The notes under the pieces: generated by a model
Databases searched by the model: none
What the model was told of the DNA's origin: nothing
The model's input: the letters and a program-made list of their open reading frames with translations, nothing else
Position numbers and translations under genes: made by a program
Part shown: in pieces, positions 1 through 9,366 of the stretch
How positions within the stretch are numbered: position 1 is the stretch's first letter
Layout: the number at the start of each line of letters is the position of its first letter
Assembly: GCA_040755995.1 (NCBI GenBank)
Contig: JBFMAF010000008.1
Location: forward strand, 96,001-160,000
Direction of reading: 5' to 3'
DNA: 64,000 nucleotides
Source: Acidobacteriota bacterium
GTDB lineage: Bacteria > Acidobacteriota > CAIWXX01

Positions 1-1180
1 GTACAAGTGCGCGGACATCCCGGCCGACAAGGTCGTCCATCCGGATATTCACTGTGTCGCATTCTCTCCCGGCAGCCACCTCATCTACTGCACCAACGAC
101 GGCGGCGTGTACAGTTGCCGCTTCCGCGGCGACGGCTCGAACAGCCTGACCGACTACAGCTGGCGGCCGCTGAACAACAATCTCTCGACAAATCAGCCAT
201 TCCACGTCGGAGGCCATCCTACAGACCCGAACAAAATCATATGCGCGATGCAGGACAACGCCGCGGCCTATTGGAACGGGAAGCTTTGGGACGCATGGGA
301 CTCCTCCGGAGGCGACGGCACGATCGCCACGTACGATCAGAAAGACCCGAACTACGTCTACATAGGTTGGCAGTTCGCTCTGGCCCGGCACGATCACGGA
401 GGCAGCAAGTCCGCCGAAGGTTGGAAGACGCTGTTCGACGGCAAGATCCATGACGATACTTCCTTCCCGTTCGTCACCGTTTTCGAGATCGACCCTGTGG
501 ACACGAGCACCGTATACACGGCGAGCACCAGTGCGGTCTATCGCTCGACCGATCGAGGCGACCACTGGTCCGCCCGGTTGAACGCTGGCCCCATCGACTA
601 CCACCCCACTGGCATCTCCGTGTCGCCACGGAACAGGAACCACGTGTGGATCAGCACCGGCACGGGTAATGTGTATTTGTATGATGTGCAGGCTGCCAGG
701 CTCACCAAGAGGACTGGCGCGAATTTGCCGAACAGATGGATCTCCAAGATCGAGGCGTCGCCGAATGCCGAGGGTACGGTTTACATCACGTTCAGCGGCT
801 ACGACGCGAATTCCGCCGACGTCTACCATGGAGGCAACGGCAACGTCGGCAAGGTGTTCAAGACGACCGATCTCGGCAAGCACTGGACCAATATCAGCGG
901 CAACCTCACGGGCGCCGACAACCTCGATGTGCCCATCTCCGCTCTGGCCATCGACCCTCGCCACGAAAACCGCATGTGGATCGGCACGGACGTCGGCATC
1001 TACCAGACCACCGACTCAGGCGCTACCTGGACGCCCTACCGCGGCAACATGCCCATGGTCGTGACGATGGCGCTCGAGTACAACGATGTGACTGGATACC
1101 TCCTGGCAGCCACGTTCGGGCGCGGCGTCTGGCGCACCGCGCCCGCGCAGACTTCGCCGCCGGGCGGTCCGCCGGAGTAG
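1..1180 (+). CDS. VPS10/sortilin-like BNR-repeat beta-propeller protein (putative glycosyl hydrolase), 5' end outside the window
   Basis: Frame is open from position 2 (YKCADIP...NDGGVYS). Asp-box repeats SxDxGxxW (RSTDRGDHW, KTTDLGKHW, QTTDSGATW), GGDG motif, C-terminal ATFGRGVW. Confidence 0.8.
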   Translation, partial: YKCADIPADKVVHPDIHCVAFSPGSHLIYCTNDGGVYSCRFRGDGSNSLTDYSWRPLNNNLSTNQPFHVGGHPTDPNKIICAMQDNAAAYWNGKLWDAWDSSGGDGTIATYDQKDPNYVYIGWQFALARHDHGGSKSAEGWKTLFDGKIHDDTSFPFVTVFEIDPVDTSTVYTASTSAVYRSTDRGDHWSARLNAGPIDYHPTGISVSPRNRNHVWISTGTGNVYLYDVQAARLTKRTGANLPNRWISKIEASPNAEGTVYITFSGYDANSADVYHGGNGNVGKVFKTTDLGKHWTNISGNLTGADNLDVPISALAIDPRHENRMWIGTDVGIYQTTDSGATWTPYRGNMPMVVTMALEYNDVTGYLLAATFGRGVWRTAPAQTSPPGGPPE

Positions 1181-1204
1181 GGGCGTTCTGCGTCTGGCGT
1201 ACCA

Positions 1205-1426
1205 ATGAAGATGAAGTATGACCCACTCTCCGATACGCTCTACATCGATACCTGCCCGCCCTACGAGGGCCAGGAATCCGACGAGATCGCCAGGGGTGTG
1301 GTGATCAGGACCAACCCATCAAGCGGGGAGATAGAGAACATCGAGGTCATGTTCTTCCGACGGCGGTTCGCGAAGGGCGAACCCTTCGAGTTGCCCATCG
1401 ACATGCGTTGCCTGCGCACTGCCTGA
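1205..1426 (+). CDS. DUF2283-like small protein
   Basis: MKMKYDPLSDTLYI...GVVI...GEIENIEV matches the YDxxxDxLYI...G.I.GIEI pattern of the family. Confidence 0.7.
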   Translation: MKMKYDPLSDTLYIDTCPPYEGQESDEIARGVVIRTNPSSGEIENIEVMFFRRRFAKGEPFELPIDMRCLRTA

Positions 1427-1681
1427 TCTCTGTCTGGGCTTCAGGTAGTCGGACAGCGGCGGACTCAGAAGTGCCGTCTGGACCGGCGATCTGGCGGCCA
1501 TGCTGGCGGTGCTGCAGGGCGGCCTTGCGAGTCAGGGCCACGCGAGCTTTCGCGCACGGCTGCAGACGCCCAAAGCTCAAAGCGCGTCCTGAGAGCGCTC
1601 ACGGCCGCTCTGATTCCAGGGCCAGGCCAGGTGCCAGAGCGGGGGCGTTTGTCAGCCGACGAGAAGACGCCCTGATCCGAT

Positions 1682-1741
1682 GACGCGGAGGACCCGACAG
1701 GGCCTTTTCGACGCGTCTCCTCGTCTCCGCGTCACCGCGTC
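1682..1741. repeat. Octamer tandem repeat (GCGTCNCC)n with an inverted copy upstream
   Basis: GCGTCTCC TCGTCTCC GCGTCACC GCGTC at 1713-1741; inverted GACGCGGAG at 1682-1690. Confidence 0.6.
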
Positions 1742-1758
1742 TGTACCTCGGTCACGGA

Positions 1759-2160
1759 TCAAGAGGTCCCAGCCCGTTCGGATCCCCCAAGCATCCGTCG
1801 GTAGAGCCGCTCCACCCTGCGACTATCGATCCTTCCCGTGCGGCCTCGATGCGGCAGCAACGAGCCCGAGAAGTTCTTGGGTATGTGGAGAAGCTCGTGG
1901 ATGAGCACCTTCGTTCTCTCCTCGGGCGATAGCTTATCGAAGCGCTCGGAGAGAACCTCGATGACGTAGTAAGCAGGAACTCGCAGTGCCTGCTGCCAGA
2001 CGCGCGACAGCCCCCAGATGCGCGCCTGAGCCCGCGAGACCGACCCGCGGCTGCGGAAACAAACGATGCGACTGCAGTCTACGTTGACGAACCCGAGCCT
2101 CCGGACGATCTCGTCGATCTGTTCGCTGATGTCGGGCGCGGCCATCCAATCCACTGGCAC
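1759..2160 (-). CDS. Small putative zinc metallopeptidase (minimal zincin); start codon uncertain
   Basis: VLIHELLHIP HExxH motif; CFRSRGSxSRAxARIWGL and YVIEVLSERFDKL segments. Confidence 0.75.
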   Translation of the reverse strand: MPVDWMAAPDISEQIDEIVRRLGFVNVDCSRIVCFRSRGSVSRAQARIWGLSRVWQQALRVPAYYVIEVLSERFDKLSPEERTKVLIHELLHIPKNFSGSLLPHRGRTGRIDSRRVERLYRRMLGGSERAGTS

Positions 2161-2338
2161 CTCGGGGTGATCATACGCATCAAGACCGCGGACGGCAACG
2201 CCCAATAGGGGTCAGGGGGTCAGCGCTGGGCGCCCACGGTACCGGAACCTGCTGCCGCGTCGCCGCGTCGCCGTGCCATGGGGCTTTTGCCGTTGCGCCA
2301 ACTCCTGTAGAATGGGCCTCTGGGCAACCTGGTAGAGA

Positions 2339-2791
2339 ATGAGTTCCTACGAACCTGTGATCGTCGGTTTCCTGTGCAACTGGTGCGCTTATAGGGCCGC
2401 CGACCTTGTGGGCATGGCCCGCTCGCCGTATGCACCCGGCATCCGGGCGATCCGCGTCATGTGCAGCAGCCGTGTGGATCCTGCGTTCGTCTTGAAGGCG
2501 CTGCGTGAGGGAGCCGATGGAGTTCTCATCGTCGGGTGCCACCCGGGCGAGTGTCACTATGTCGATGGCAACATCAAGGCCATGCGCCGCTTTGCCTTGC
2601 TGCGGCGAGTTCTCTCGCAGTTCGGCGTCGAGGGGGAGCGCGTGCAGCTGGCCTGGGCCGCTGCATCGGAGGGCAACGCATTCGCCGAGGCCGTCAACCG
2701 TATGACCGAGCAGCTGCGGCCGCTTGGCCCCCTGCGATGGGCCGAGTCCGTGTTGCGCGAGATCAGGGCGCCGGCAGGGCTGGACGAATGA
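2339..2791 (+). CDS. mvhD: Methyl-viologen-reducing hydrogenase delta subunit ([2Fe-2S], HdrA partner)
   Basis: GFLCNWCAY, IRVMCSSRVDP, GADGVLIVGCHPGECHYVDGN, ASEG motifs. Confidence 0.95.
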   Translation: MSSYEPVIVGFLCNWCAYRAADLVGMARSPYAPGIRAIRVMCSSRVDPAFVLKALREGADGVLIVGCHPGECHYVDGNIKAMRRFALLRRVLSQFGVEGERVQLAWAAASEGNAFAEAVNRMTEQLRPLGPLRWAESVLREIRAPAGLDE

Positions 2792-3819
2792 AACTCAAAC
2801 CCAAGCTCGCGATGTACTGGGCTGCGTCCTGCGGCGGATGCGAGGTTTCCCTGCTCAACGTCGGCGAGAAGATTCTCATGGTCGACCGCGTGTTCGACAT
2901 CGTTTTCTTTCCGTGCATCGCCGACTTCAAGTACAAGGATGTCGAGGCCTTGTCGGACGATCATATCGACCTTTGTCTATTCAACGGCGCCATCCGCTCT
3001 TCGGAGAACCAGGAGCTTGCCGAGCTGCTCAGGCGCAAGTCGCGGTTGCTGGTAGCCTACGGATCATGCGCGCACGAGGGCTGCATTCCTGCGCTGTCCA
3101 ACCTCACTACCGCTGCGGATACGCTGGAGGCCGTCTTCGTGAGCAACTTCTCAACTGCCAACCCGGGGGGAGTTGTGCCGCGCACGACAACAAGAGTCCC
3201 GGAAGGGGACCTCGCTCTTCCGCTTCTCTACGACACGGTCAGGGCTCTGGACCAGATCGTGCGGGTCGACTACTACATCCCCGGCTGCCCTCCGGAACCG
3301 CCTCGGATCTGGGAAGCGCTCGAAGTTTTCGTCGATGCGTTTGTCGGTGGAGCCGAGTTGCCAGCGGTCGGTTCGGTGCTCGGCGCCACGGATCTCGCGC
3401 TCTGCGAAGAGTGCCCGCTCGAGAGGAACGAGAAGCGGGTCCCGCGGTTCTTCCGCCCGCATGAGATAGTGCCCGACCCGAAGGTGTGCCTCTTGGAGCA
3501 GGGGATCGTGTGTTCCGGACCTGCCACGCGTGGGGGCTGTGGGGCGCTCTGCCCGCGCGCCGGCATGGGATGCCGCGGCTGCTATGGTCTCCTCCAGGGC
3601 GTCGTGGACCAGGGCGCCGGAATGGTCGCCGCCGTCGCAGCGGTTCTGGGTGTGGGCTCACCGCAGGAGGAAGAGAGCGCAATAGAGCAGACCATAGAGC
3701 GAGCGACGAGCTCTATCGTGGATCCGGCCGGCACATTCTATCGCCACAGCCTTGCGCATTCGTTGTTGCGCCGGCGACGCCCCTCGATCACACCGAACGA
3801 GGCGGACGAAGGATCATGA
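2788..3819 (+). CDS. mvhG: Group 3c [NiFe]-hydrogenase small subunit
   Basis: ATGA overlap with mvhD; ASCGGC, GSCA, PGCPP, CEECP, CLL..G..CSGPAT..GCGALCP.....CRGCYG. Confidence 0.92.
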   Translation: MKLKPKLAMYWAASCGGCEVSLLNVGEKILMVDRVFDIVFFPCIADFKYKDVEALSDDHIDLCLFNGAIRSSENQELAELLRRKSRLLVAYGSCAHEGCIPALSNLTTAADTLEAVFVSNFSTANPGGVVPRTTTRVPEGDLALPLLYDTVRALDQIVRVDYYIPGCPPEPPRIWEALEVFVDAFVGGAELPAVGSVLGATDLALCEECPLERNEKRVPRFFRPHEIVPDPKVCLLEQGIVCSGPATRGGCGALCPRAGMGCRGCYGLLQGVVDQGAGMVAAVAAVLGVGSPQEEESAIEQTIERATSSIVDPAGTFYRHSLAHSLLRRRRPSITPNEADEGS

Positions 3820-5303
3820 AGCGGATTACCATCGATCCGCTGACGCGGCTGGAAGGGCACGGGCGAGTCGAGATCTTCCTGAACGAAGACGGCGAGGTCG
3901 AGAACGCGTACTTCATCGTGCCGGAGCTGCGTGGGTTCGAGCAGTTCTGTGTAGGGCGGCCGGCGGAGGAGATGCCGAGGATCACCAACTGCATCTGCGG
4001 CCTCTGCCCCGAGGCACATCACATAGCCTCGGCCAAGGCGCTGGATTCCTTGTACCAGGTCGACCCACCGCCGGCGGTGAAGAAGATCCGCGAGCTGTTC
4101 TACTCCGCATTCTTCGTCCTCGACCACGCCACCCACTTCTTTGCGCTGGCCGGGCCGGATCTATTTCTGGGACCGGACGCCCCGGTGGCCGAGCGGACTC
4201 TGCTCGGAGTCGTCCGCAAGCTCGGTGCCGAAACCGGCAAGCAGATCATTGATGCGCGGATGCGCAACGGTCATGCCATCCAGCTGCTCGGCGGCCGCAC
4301 GGTTCACCCGGTCGCGGCGCTGCCGGGCGGGTGGAGCAAGCCGGTGACCGAAGAGGTGAGGAAGGAGATCGAGACCATCGCCCGGGCCAACGTCGAGTTC
4401 GCGCTGTCGGCCCTGGAGCTCTACGAGCAGATCGTGTTGAGCAGCGGAGCCAACGTAGCTCTGATCGTCTCGGATGACTACACCGACCGCACCTACTCGA
4501 TGGGCATGGTAGACTCCCGGAACCGCCCGAACTTCTATGACGGCCTCATCCGGGTGGTCGATCCCGACGGTGGCGAGTACGCCAAGTACTCGCCTCGCGA
4601 CTACAGGGACTATGTTGAAGAACGGGTGGAACCCTGGACCTACCTGAAATTCCCATACCTCCGAAGGGTGGGATGGGACGGATTCAGAGACGGCCCGGCG
4701 AGCGGTGTGTACATGGCAACGCCGCTCTCAAGATTGAACGTCGCCGACAGCATGGCCACGCCACGCGCGCAGGCATGCTTCGAGAAGATGTACGAGACGC
4801 TCGGGAGCAAGAAGCAGAACGGCCGTTATCAACCGATTCACCACCGCCTCGCCACTCACTGGGCGCGGCTGATCGAGCTGCTGTATGCGGCTGAGCGGAT
4901 GGTGGAGCTCGCCACGGATCCGGAAGTCACGGATCCCAACGTGCGCGCACGCCTGACCGCGATTCCATGCGAGGGCATTGGGTGCGTCGAGGCCCCTCGC
5001 GGCACCCTCACGCACCACTACTGGACCGATGAGAACGGCGTTCTCACCAAGGTCAACCTGATCGTCGGCACCACCAACAACCACGCCCCTATCGCGATGT
5101 CAATCAAGAAGGCCGCCCGGAGCCTGATCAAGAAAGGCGTCGTGCCGAGCCAGGGGCTGTTGAACCGGATCGAGATGGCCATACGCTGTTACGATCCGTG
5201 TCTGTCGTGCGCCACTCATACGCTGCCCGGATCGATGCCGCTGGAGGTCGCGATTCGCGATTCGAGAGGGATCGTTATCGGGCGGGTTGCGCGAGAGCCG
5301 TAG
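3816..5303 (+). CDS. mvhA: Group 3c [NiFe]-hydrogenase large subunit
   Basis: ATGA overlap with mvhG; IDPLTRLEGH, RGFE, CICGLC (L1), EAPRGTLTHHY, DPCLSCATH (L2) followed by a cleavable C-terminal extension. Confidence 0.93.
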   Translation: MKRITIDPLTRLEGHGRVEIFLNEDGEVENAYFIVPELRGFEQFCVGRPAEEMPRITNCICGLCPEAHHIASAKALDSLYQVDPPPAVKKIRELFYSAFFVLDHATHFFALAGPDLFLGPDAPVAERTLLGVVRKLGAETGKQIIDARMRNGHAIQLLGGRTVHPVAALPGGWSKPVTEEVRKEIETIARANVEFALSALELYEQIVLSSGANVALIVSDDYTDRTYSMGMVDSRNRPNFYDGLIRVVDPDGGEYAKYSPRDYRDYVEERVEPWTYLKFPYLRRVGWDGFRDGPASGVYMATPLSRLNVADSMATPRAQACFEKMYETLGSKKQNGRYQPIHHRLATHWARLIELLYAAERMVELATDPEVTDPNVRARLTAIPCEGIGCVEAPRGTLTHHYWTDENGVLTKVNLIVGTTNNHAPIAMSIKKAARSLIKKGVVPSQGLLNRIEMAIRCYDPCLSCATHTLPGSMPLEVAIRDSRGIVIGRVAREP

Positions 5304-5369
5304 TCGCACAGGGCTCGTGCACCAACAGTCGGATCCCGGCCGGAAGAAGAGGAAGCAGGAGAGGCATCT

Positions 5370-6497
5370 GTGGCCAAACCGTGGATGATAATCACGGGGG
5401 CCACGGGTTTCCTGGGCGGAGCCCTCGTCCGACAGCTGCGCAAGGAGTACCGCATCTTCGCCATGGGCCGCAGGACGCCGGCCGAAGCGGGGATTCCGGA
5501 CTGGCCGGGAATCGTATGGTTCCAGGTCGACATCGCCAACTTCGATCGGCTTCAGGAGGTTTTCCGGCGAATCAGGGAGATGGGTGGAGCCGACTTGCTG
5601 TTGCACATGGCGAGCTTCTACGATTTCACCGGGGATGACAACGTCGAGTACATGCGAACGAACGTTCAAGGCACGAGGAACATCCTCACGCTCTCGGCTC
5701 CTCTCAAGCTGAGACGGTTCATCTTCGCCAGCTCGGTCGCCGCCTGCGAGTTCCCCCGTCCGGGCGATGCCATCCGGGAGGACACGTATCCGAACGCCGA
5801 CGTCCCCTACGCAATCTCGAAGCGCATGGGAGAGGAGATGATGCGCGAGTTCTCGGACCGCATTCCGACGTGCATCATCCGGCCTGCGGCGATCTTCAGC
5901 GACTGGTGTGAGTACCAGCCGCTCGACGAGTTCCTGAAAACCTGGTGCTCCCACCGATGGAACGCGCGCATCCTGGGCGGCAAGGGGCAGTCGGCGATTC
6001 CATACATGCACGTCGAGGACCTCATGCTGTTTTTCATCCGAGTCGTGGAGAGATGTGACGAGCTGCGTCCGGCGGAAATCCTGATCGCATCGCCGGACGG
6101 CTCCACGACACACCGGGAGCTCTACCGCGAGGCCACGCGGTGCTACTTCGGAGCGCCGCGTCGTGCGATCTCTGTCCCCCCGTCGCTGGCCCGCGTCGGG
6201 ATTCGGATGCGTGAGCGGCTGGGGCGGATGACCGGCCGAATGCCCTTCGAGCGCTCCTGGATGGTCGACCTGATCGACCTGCGCCTGAACATAGACGCCT
6301 CACGGACGCGCCGCCGCATCGACTGGGCCCCCAACAGCGACCTCACGGTTCTGAAGTGCATGTGCCGCATGCTCGAGAACATGCGGAGAGATCCGGCGGA
6401 GTGGAAGCTGCGGAGCCAGCGGCGCAAAGTCAAGGCACCCCCCCGCGATCTGGATGAGCGCATGCTGATGCTGCAAAGCCCAGCCCTTGACGATTGA
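5370..6497 (+). CDS. NAD-dependent epimerase/dehydratase (extended SDR)
   Basis: TGATGFLG Rossmann motif, YAISK (YxxxK), HVEDL; GGAGAGG RBS before GTG. Confidence 0.85.
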   Translation: MAKPWMIITGATGFLGGALVRQLRKEYRIFAMGRRTPAEAGIPDWPGIVWFQVDIANFDRLQEVFRRIREMGGADLLLHMASFYDFTGDDNVEYMRTNVQGTRNILTLSAPLKLRRFIFASSVAACEFPRPGDAIREDTYPNADVPYAISKRMGEEMMREFSDRIPTCIIRPAAIFSDWCEYQPLDEFLKTWCSHRWNARILGGKGQSAIPYMHVEDLMLFFIRVVERCDELRPAEILIASPDGSTTHRELYREATRCYFGAPRRAISVPPSLARVGIRMRERLGRMTGRMPFERSWMVDLIDLRLNIDASRTRRRIDWAPNSDLTVLKCMCRMLENMRRDPAEWKLRSQRRKVKAPPRDLDERMLMLQSPALDD

Positions 6498-6499
6498 CT

Positions 6500-6542
6500 G
6501 TAGGGGCGGTTCGTGAACCGCCCTGGGTTCGTGAACCGCCCT
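6500..6542 (+). repeat. GTAG-family REP-like palindrome with a partial tandem duplication
   Basis: GTAG-GGGCGGTTC-GT-GAACCGCCC (6500-6523); GGTTCGTGAACCGCCCT occurs at 6508-6524 and 6526-6542. Confidence 0.75.
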
Positions 6543-6556
6543 CGCCAACACCAGGG

Positions 6557-7018
6557 TCAAGGTCGCAGCGATCGAGGCGATCTGATATCCACGACCTTGA
6601 GTCCTGCCACACAGGCCGCCTTCACCTGCCGGTCGTCGGCGGTCACGAACGCGTCGCTGCCCCACTGGATCGCTGCCGCAACGTGAATCAGGTCCAACGT
6701 GCGGCAGCCGAACCGCGCCGAACACATCTTCCCGACGCCGCGCGCCCCCTCGATCGCCTGGACCCAGTCAACCGGGCACAAACGCATCCGCCGGCCTGCA
6801 AGGTCCAAGGCGATTCTCTCCATCACGGCCTGCAGCCTGGTCTCGTTTATCTCGCCCCGAAACACCTTCTGAGCAACGGCCGTCTCGAGCTCCAGCAGGT
6901 GAAAGACATTTACCGGGATCGCATCGCCGCGCTTCTGTACGTAGGCCGTGACCGTACGGCTGAATGCCTCCGGCACGTAGAGCGGGACCAGGGCCCCCGT
7001 GTCGAAATACGCGGCCAC
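6557..7018 (-). CDS. vapC: VapC PIN-domain toxin
   Basis: AYFDTGALV, ELE, RTLDLIHVAAA, FVTADDRQ acidic PIN residues. Confidence 0.9.
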   Translation of the reverse strand: MAAYFDTGALVPLYVPEAFSRTVTAYVQKRGDAIPVNVFHLLELETAVAQKVFRGEINETRLQAVMERIALDLAGRRMRLCPVDWVQAIEGARGVGKMCSARFGCRTLDLIHVAAAIQWGSDAFVTADDRQVKAACVAGLKVVDIRSPRSLRP

Positions 7019-7266
7019 TACCGGTCCCTGGACTCGTAGACGATTTGCGATGCGGGTCTGCCTGGAGCGGCGCGGCGTCCCCAGATTCTATCGCGCCAAA
7101 GCCCGATGTCCGACCAGTCCGCCCTCTGGTTCACTACCCCGCTCACAGGCACCAGCCGGGCGACCGGCGCGTCCCTTCGCCGTATCTCGAACTCCTGGCC
7201 CTGTTCGACCTGTCTGAGGAATCCAGCCAGGTTGTGCTGAACGTCCCTTACGCTGGCAGTTCGCAT
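7018..7266 (-). CDS. Phd/YefM-family antitoxin
   Basis: MRTASVRDVQHNLAGFLRQVEQGQEFEIRRRDAPVARLVP; GGAGG RBS; TAG/GTG overlap with vapC. Confidence 0.88.
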   Translation of the reverse strand: MRTASVRDVQHNLAGFLRQVEQGQEFEIRRRDAPVARLVPVSGVVNQRADWSDIGLWRDRIWGRRAAPGRPASQIVYESRDR

Positions 7267-7391
7267 GCAGCACCTCCGTCCTACTTGACGCACATAGCGT
7301 AGCACATGTCCAGCCGTCCTGCAATCTGATACGACGTGGCGGATGAGTTGGCAGAGGCGCTGCAGCGGTCTGGCGCCCTGCCCCCGTTCGC

Positions 7392-9356
7392 TCAGCAGCG
7401 TTCCGAAAGGGCCCCTTCGATCTCCGCGAAGAGCTGCGCGTTGGTGAATCCCAGCTGTGTGATGGCTCCGGACGGGCACGTCGCCGCGCAGCTCCCGCAG
7501 CTCTTGCACAGCACCTCGTTGACCTCGGCCACCATTCGCTCGCCATGCTGCACCCGGCCGATCGCCTGGTACGGGCAATCGGTCAGGCACAACCGGCAGC
7601 CGCTGCACCGGTCGGGATCGACCACCGCCACCGTCGGCACGATGTCCACGACGCCGCGGTCCAGCAGATCGATCGCAACGGCCGCGGCGGCTCCGCCCTG
7701 CGCCACGCTGTCGGGGATGTCCTTCGGGCCCACGCACGTGCCGGCGACGTAGACGCCATCAGTGGCCGTCTCGACGGGCGCGAACTTGATGTGCTTCTCC
7801 ATGAAGAAGCCCTCTTGCGTGCCGCTTATCCCGAACAGGTTTGCCATCCGCGTCGCATCCGGTCGCGGCTCGAGCCCCACCATGAGCACGACCATGTCCA
7901 CCGGCACCATGATGCGCCGTCCCAGCCCGATGTCCTCGGATTTCACCAGCAGGTTGCCGCCCCGATAGATGACCTCCGTCCCCTTGCCGTGCACGAAGAT
8001 CACCCCCGATCGCTGCGTCTGCTCGTAGAACTCCTCGCAATTCTTCCCCTGCGCCCTGAGGTCGATGTAGAAGCTGAAGACCCGCGCCCCCGTTTTCTTC
8101 CGGGCCTGCAGCGCGATCTTCAGAGCCGTGGTGCAGCAGACTCGCGAGCAGTGCCTGTTGAATCTCACGTCCCGGCTGCCGACGCAATGGAGGATCGCGA
8201 TGCTGGCCGGCTCGCGCCCGTCCTTCATGAGCACCCGTCCGCCGGTCGGCCCGGCCGGGTGGCACAGCCTCTCGAACTGCATGCTCGTCAGGATGTTGTC
8301 CCAGCGCCCGAACCCGTACTGGGTCGCCCGCCCAGGGTCGAAGAGCTGATATCCCGTCGCCAGGATCACGGCACCGGCGTCGATCTCGCGTATCTCGTCC
8401 TGTTGGGTGTAGTTGATCGCGCCTGTGGGACACACCTTCTCGCAGATGCTGCAGGTGTTCGATTGGTAGTGGGCGCAGTGAGACGAATCGATCACCGGCA
8501 CATGCGGCACGGCCTGCGGGAATGGGAAGTAGACGGCTGGCCGCGTGCCCATGCCGTGGTCGAATTCCGAAAGAATGTCGCTCCACGGGCACTTCTCCAC
8601 GCACAACCCGCAGCCGTTGCACAACGCCTCGTCCACGTAGCGCGCGCGCTGGCGGACGCGTACGCGGAAGTTGCCCACGAATCCGGAGACCTCCTCGATC
8701 TCGCTATTGGTCAGAAGCGTGATGTTCGGGTGTTCGGCGGCGCTTGCCATCTTGGGGACGAGGATGCAAGCCGAGCAGTCGAGGGTGGGGAAGGTGCGGT
8801 CGAGCTTGGCCATGTTTCCACCGATCGACGGTTCGCGCTCCACCAGAAACACCTTCCTCCCGGCCTCGGCCAGGCGCAGCGCCGCCTCGATGCCGGCGAT
8901 ACCGGCTCCCACTACCAGCACCGCTTGCGAGACTGGCACCTGCTTCACCTGCAGATCCTGATGATGCGCGATGCGGCGCACGGCCGCGGCGACAATCGCC
9001 TTGCTCTTCTGTGTGGCTTGCGCGCCGTCCGGCGTCACCCACGACACCTGCTCGCGGATGTTTGCGACCTGCACGTTGAAGGGGTTGACCCCGGCGGCCT
9101 GGCACGCGCGCCGGAAGGTGGTTTCGTGCATGAACGGCGAGCAGGCGCCGACGACGACGCGCGTCAGGCCGAGGGCGGCGATGTCCTCCTGGATGAGCTT
9201 CTGGCCGGAATCGGCGCACAAAAACTTGCATTCGCGCACGACACTCACGCCATCGAGGCCGCGGGCGAACGCCGAGAGCTCGCGGATGTCGACTGTGTCC
9301 GAGATGTTGGTGCCGCAGTGGCAGATGTAGACGCCGATCCTGTCGGTGGGCATCAT
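7392..9356 (-). CDS. hdrA: Heterodisulfide reductase subunit A (flavin-based bifurcating subunit)
   Basis: IGVYICHCGTNI, ACSP..HE.TFR, ANIREQ.SWV, GAGIAG, KLDRTFPTLDCSACIL, CVGSRD...CSRVCC, internal and C-terminal 2x[4Fe-4S] domains. Confidence 0.95.
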   Translation of the reverse strand: MMPTDRIGVYICHCGTNISDTVDIRELSAFARGLDGVSVVRECKFLCADSGQKLIQEDIAALGLTRVVVGACSPFMHETTFRRACQAAGVNPFNVQVANIREQVSWVTPDGAQATQKSKAIVAAAVRRIAHHQDLQVKQVPVSQAVLVVGAGIAGIEAALRLAEAGRKVFLVEREPSIGGNMAKLDRTFPTLDCSACILVPKMASAAEHPNITLLTNSEIEEVSGFVGNFRVRVRQRARYVDEALCNGCGLCVEKCPWSDILSEFDHGMGTRPAVYFPFPQAVPHVPVIDSSHCAHYQSNTCSICEKVCPTGAINYTQQDEIREIDAGAVILATGYQLFDPGRATQYGFGRWDNILTSMQFERLCHPAGPTGGRVLMKDGREPASIAILHCVGSRDVRFNRHCSRVCCTTALKIALQARKKTGARVFSFYIDLRAQGKNCEEFYEQTQRSGVIFVHGKGTEVIYRGGNLLVKSEDIGLGRRIMVPVDMVVLMVGLEPRPDATRMANLFGISGTQEGFFMEKHIKFAPVETATDGVYVAGTCVGPKDIPDSVAQGGAAAAVAIDLLDRGVVDIVPTVAVVDPDRCSGCRLCLTDCPYQAIGRVQHGERMVAEVNEVLCKSCGSCAATCPSGAITQLGFTNAQLFAEIEGALSERC

Positions 9357-9366
9357 AGCCTTGTCG

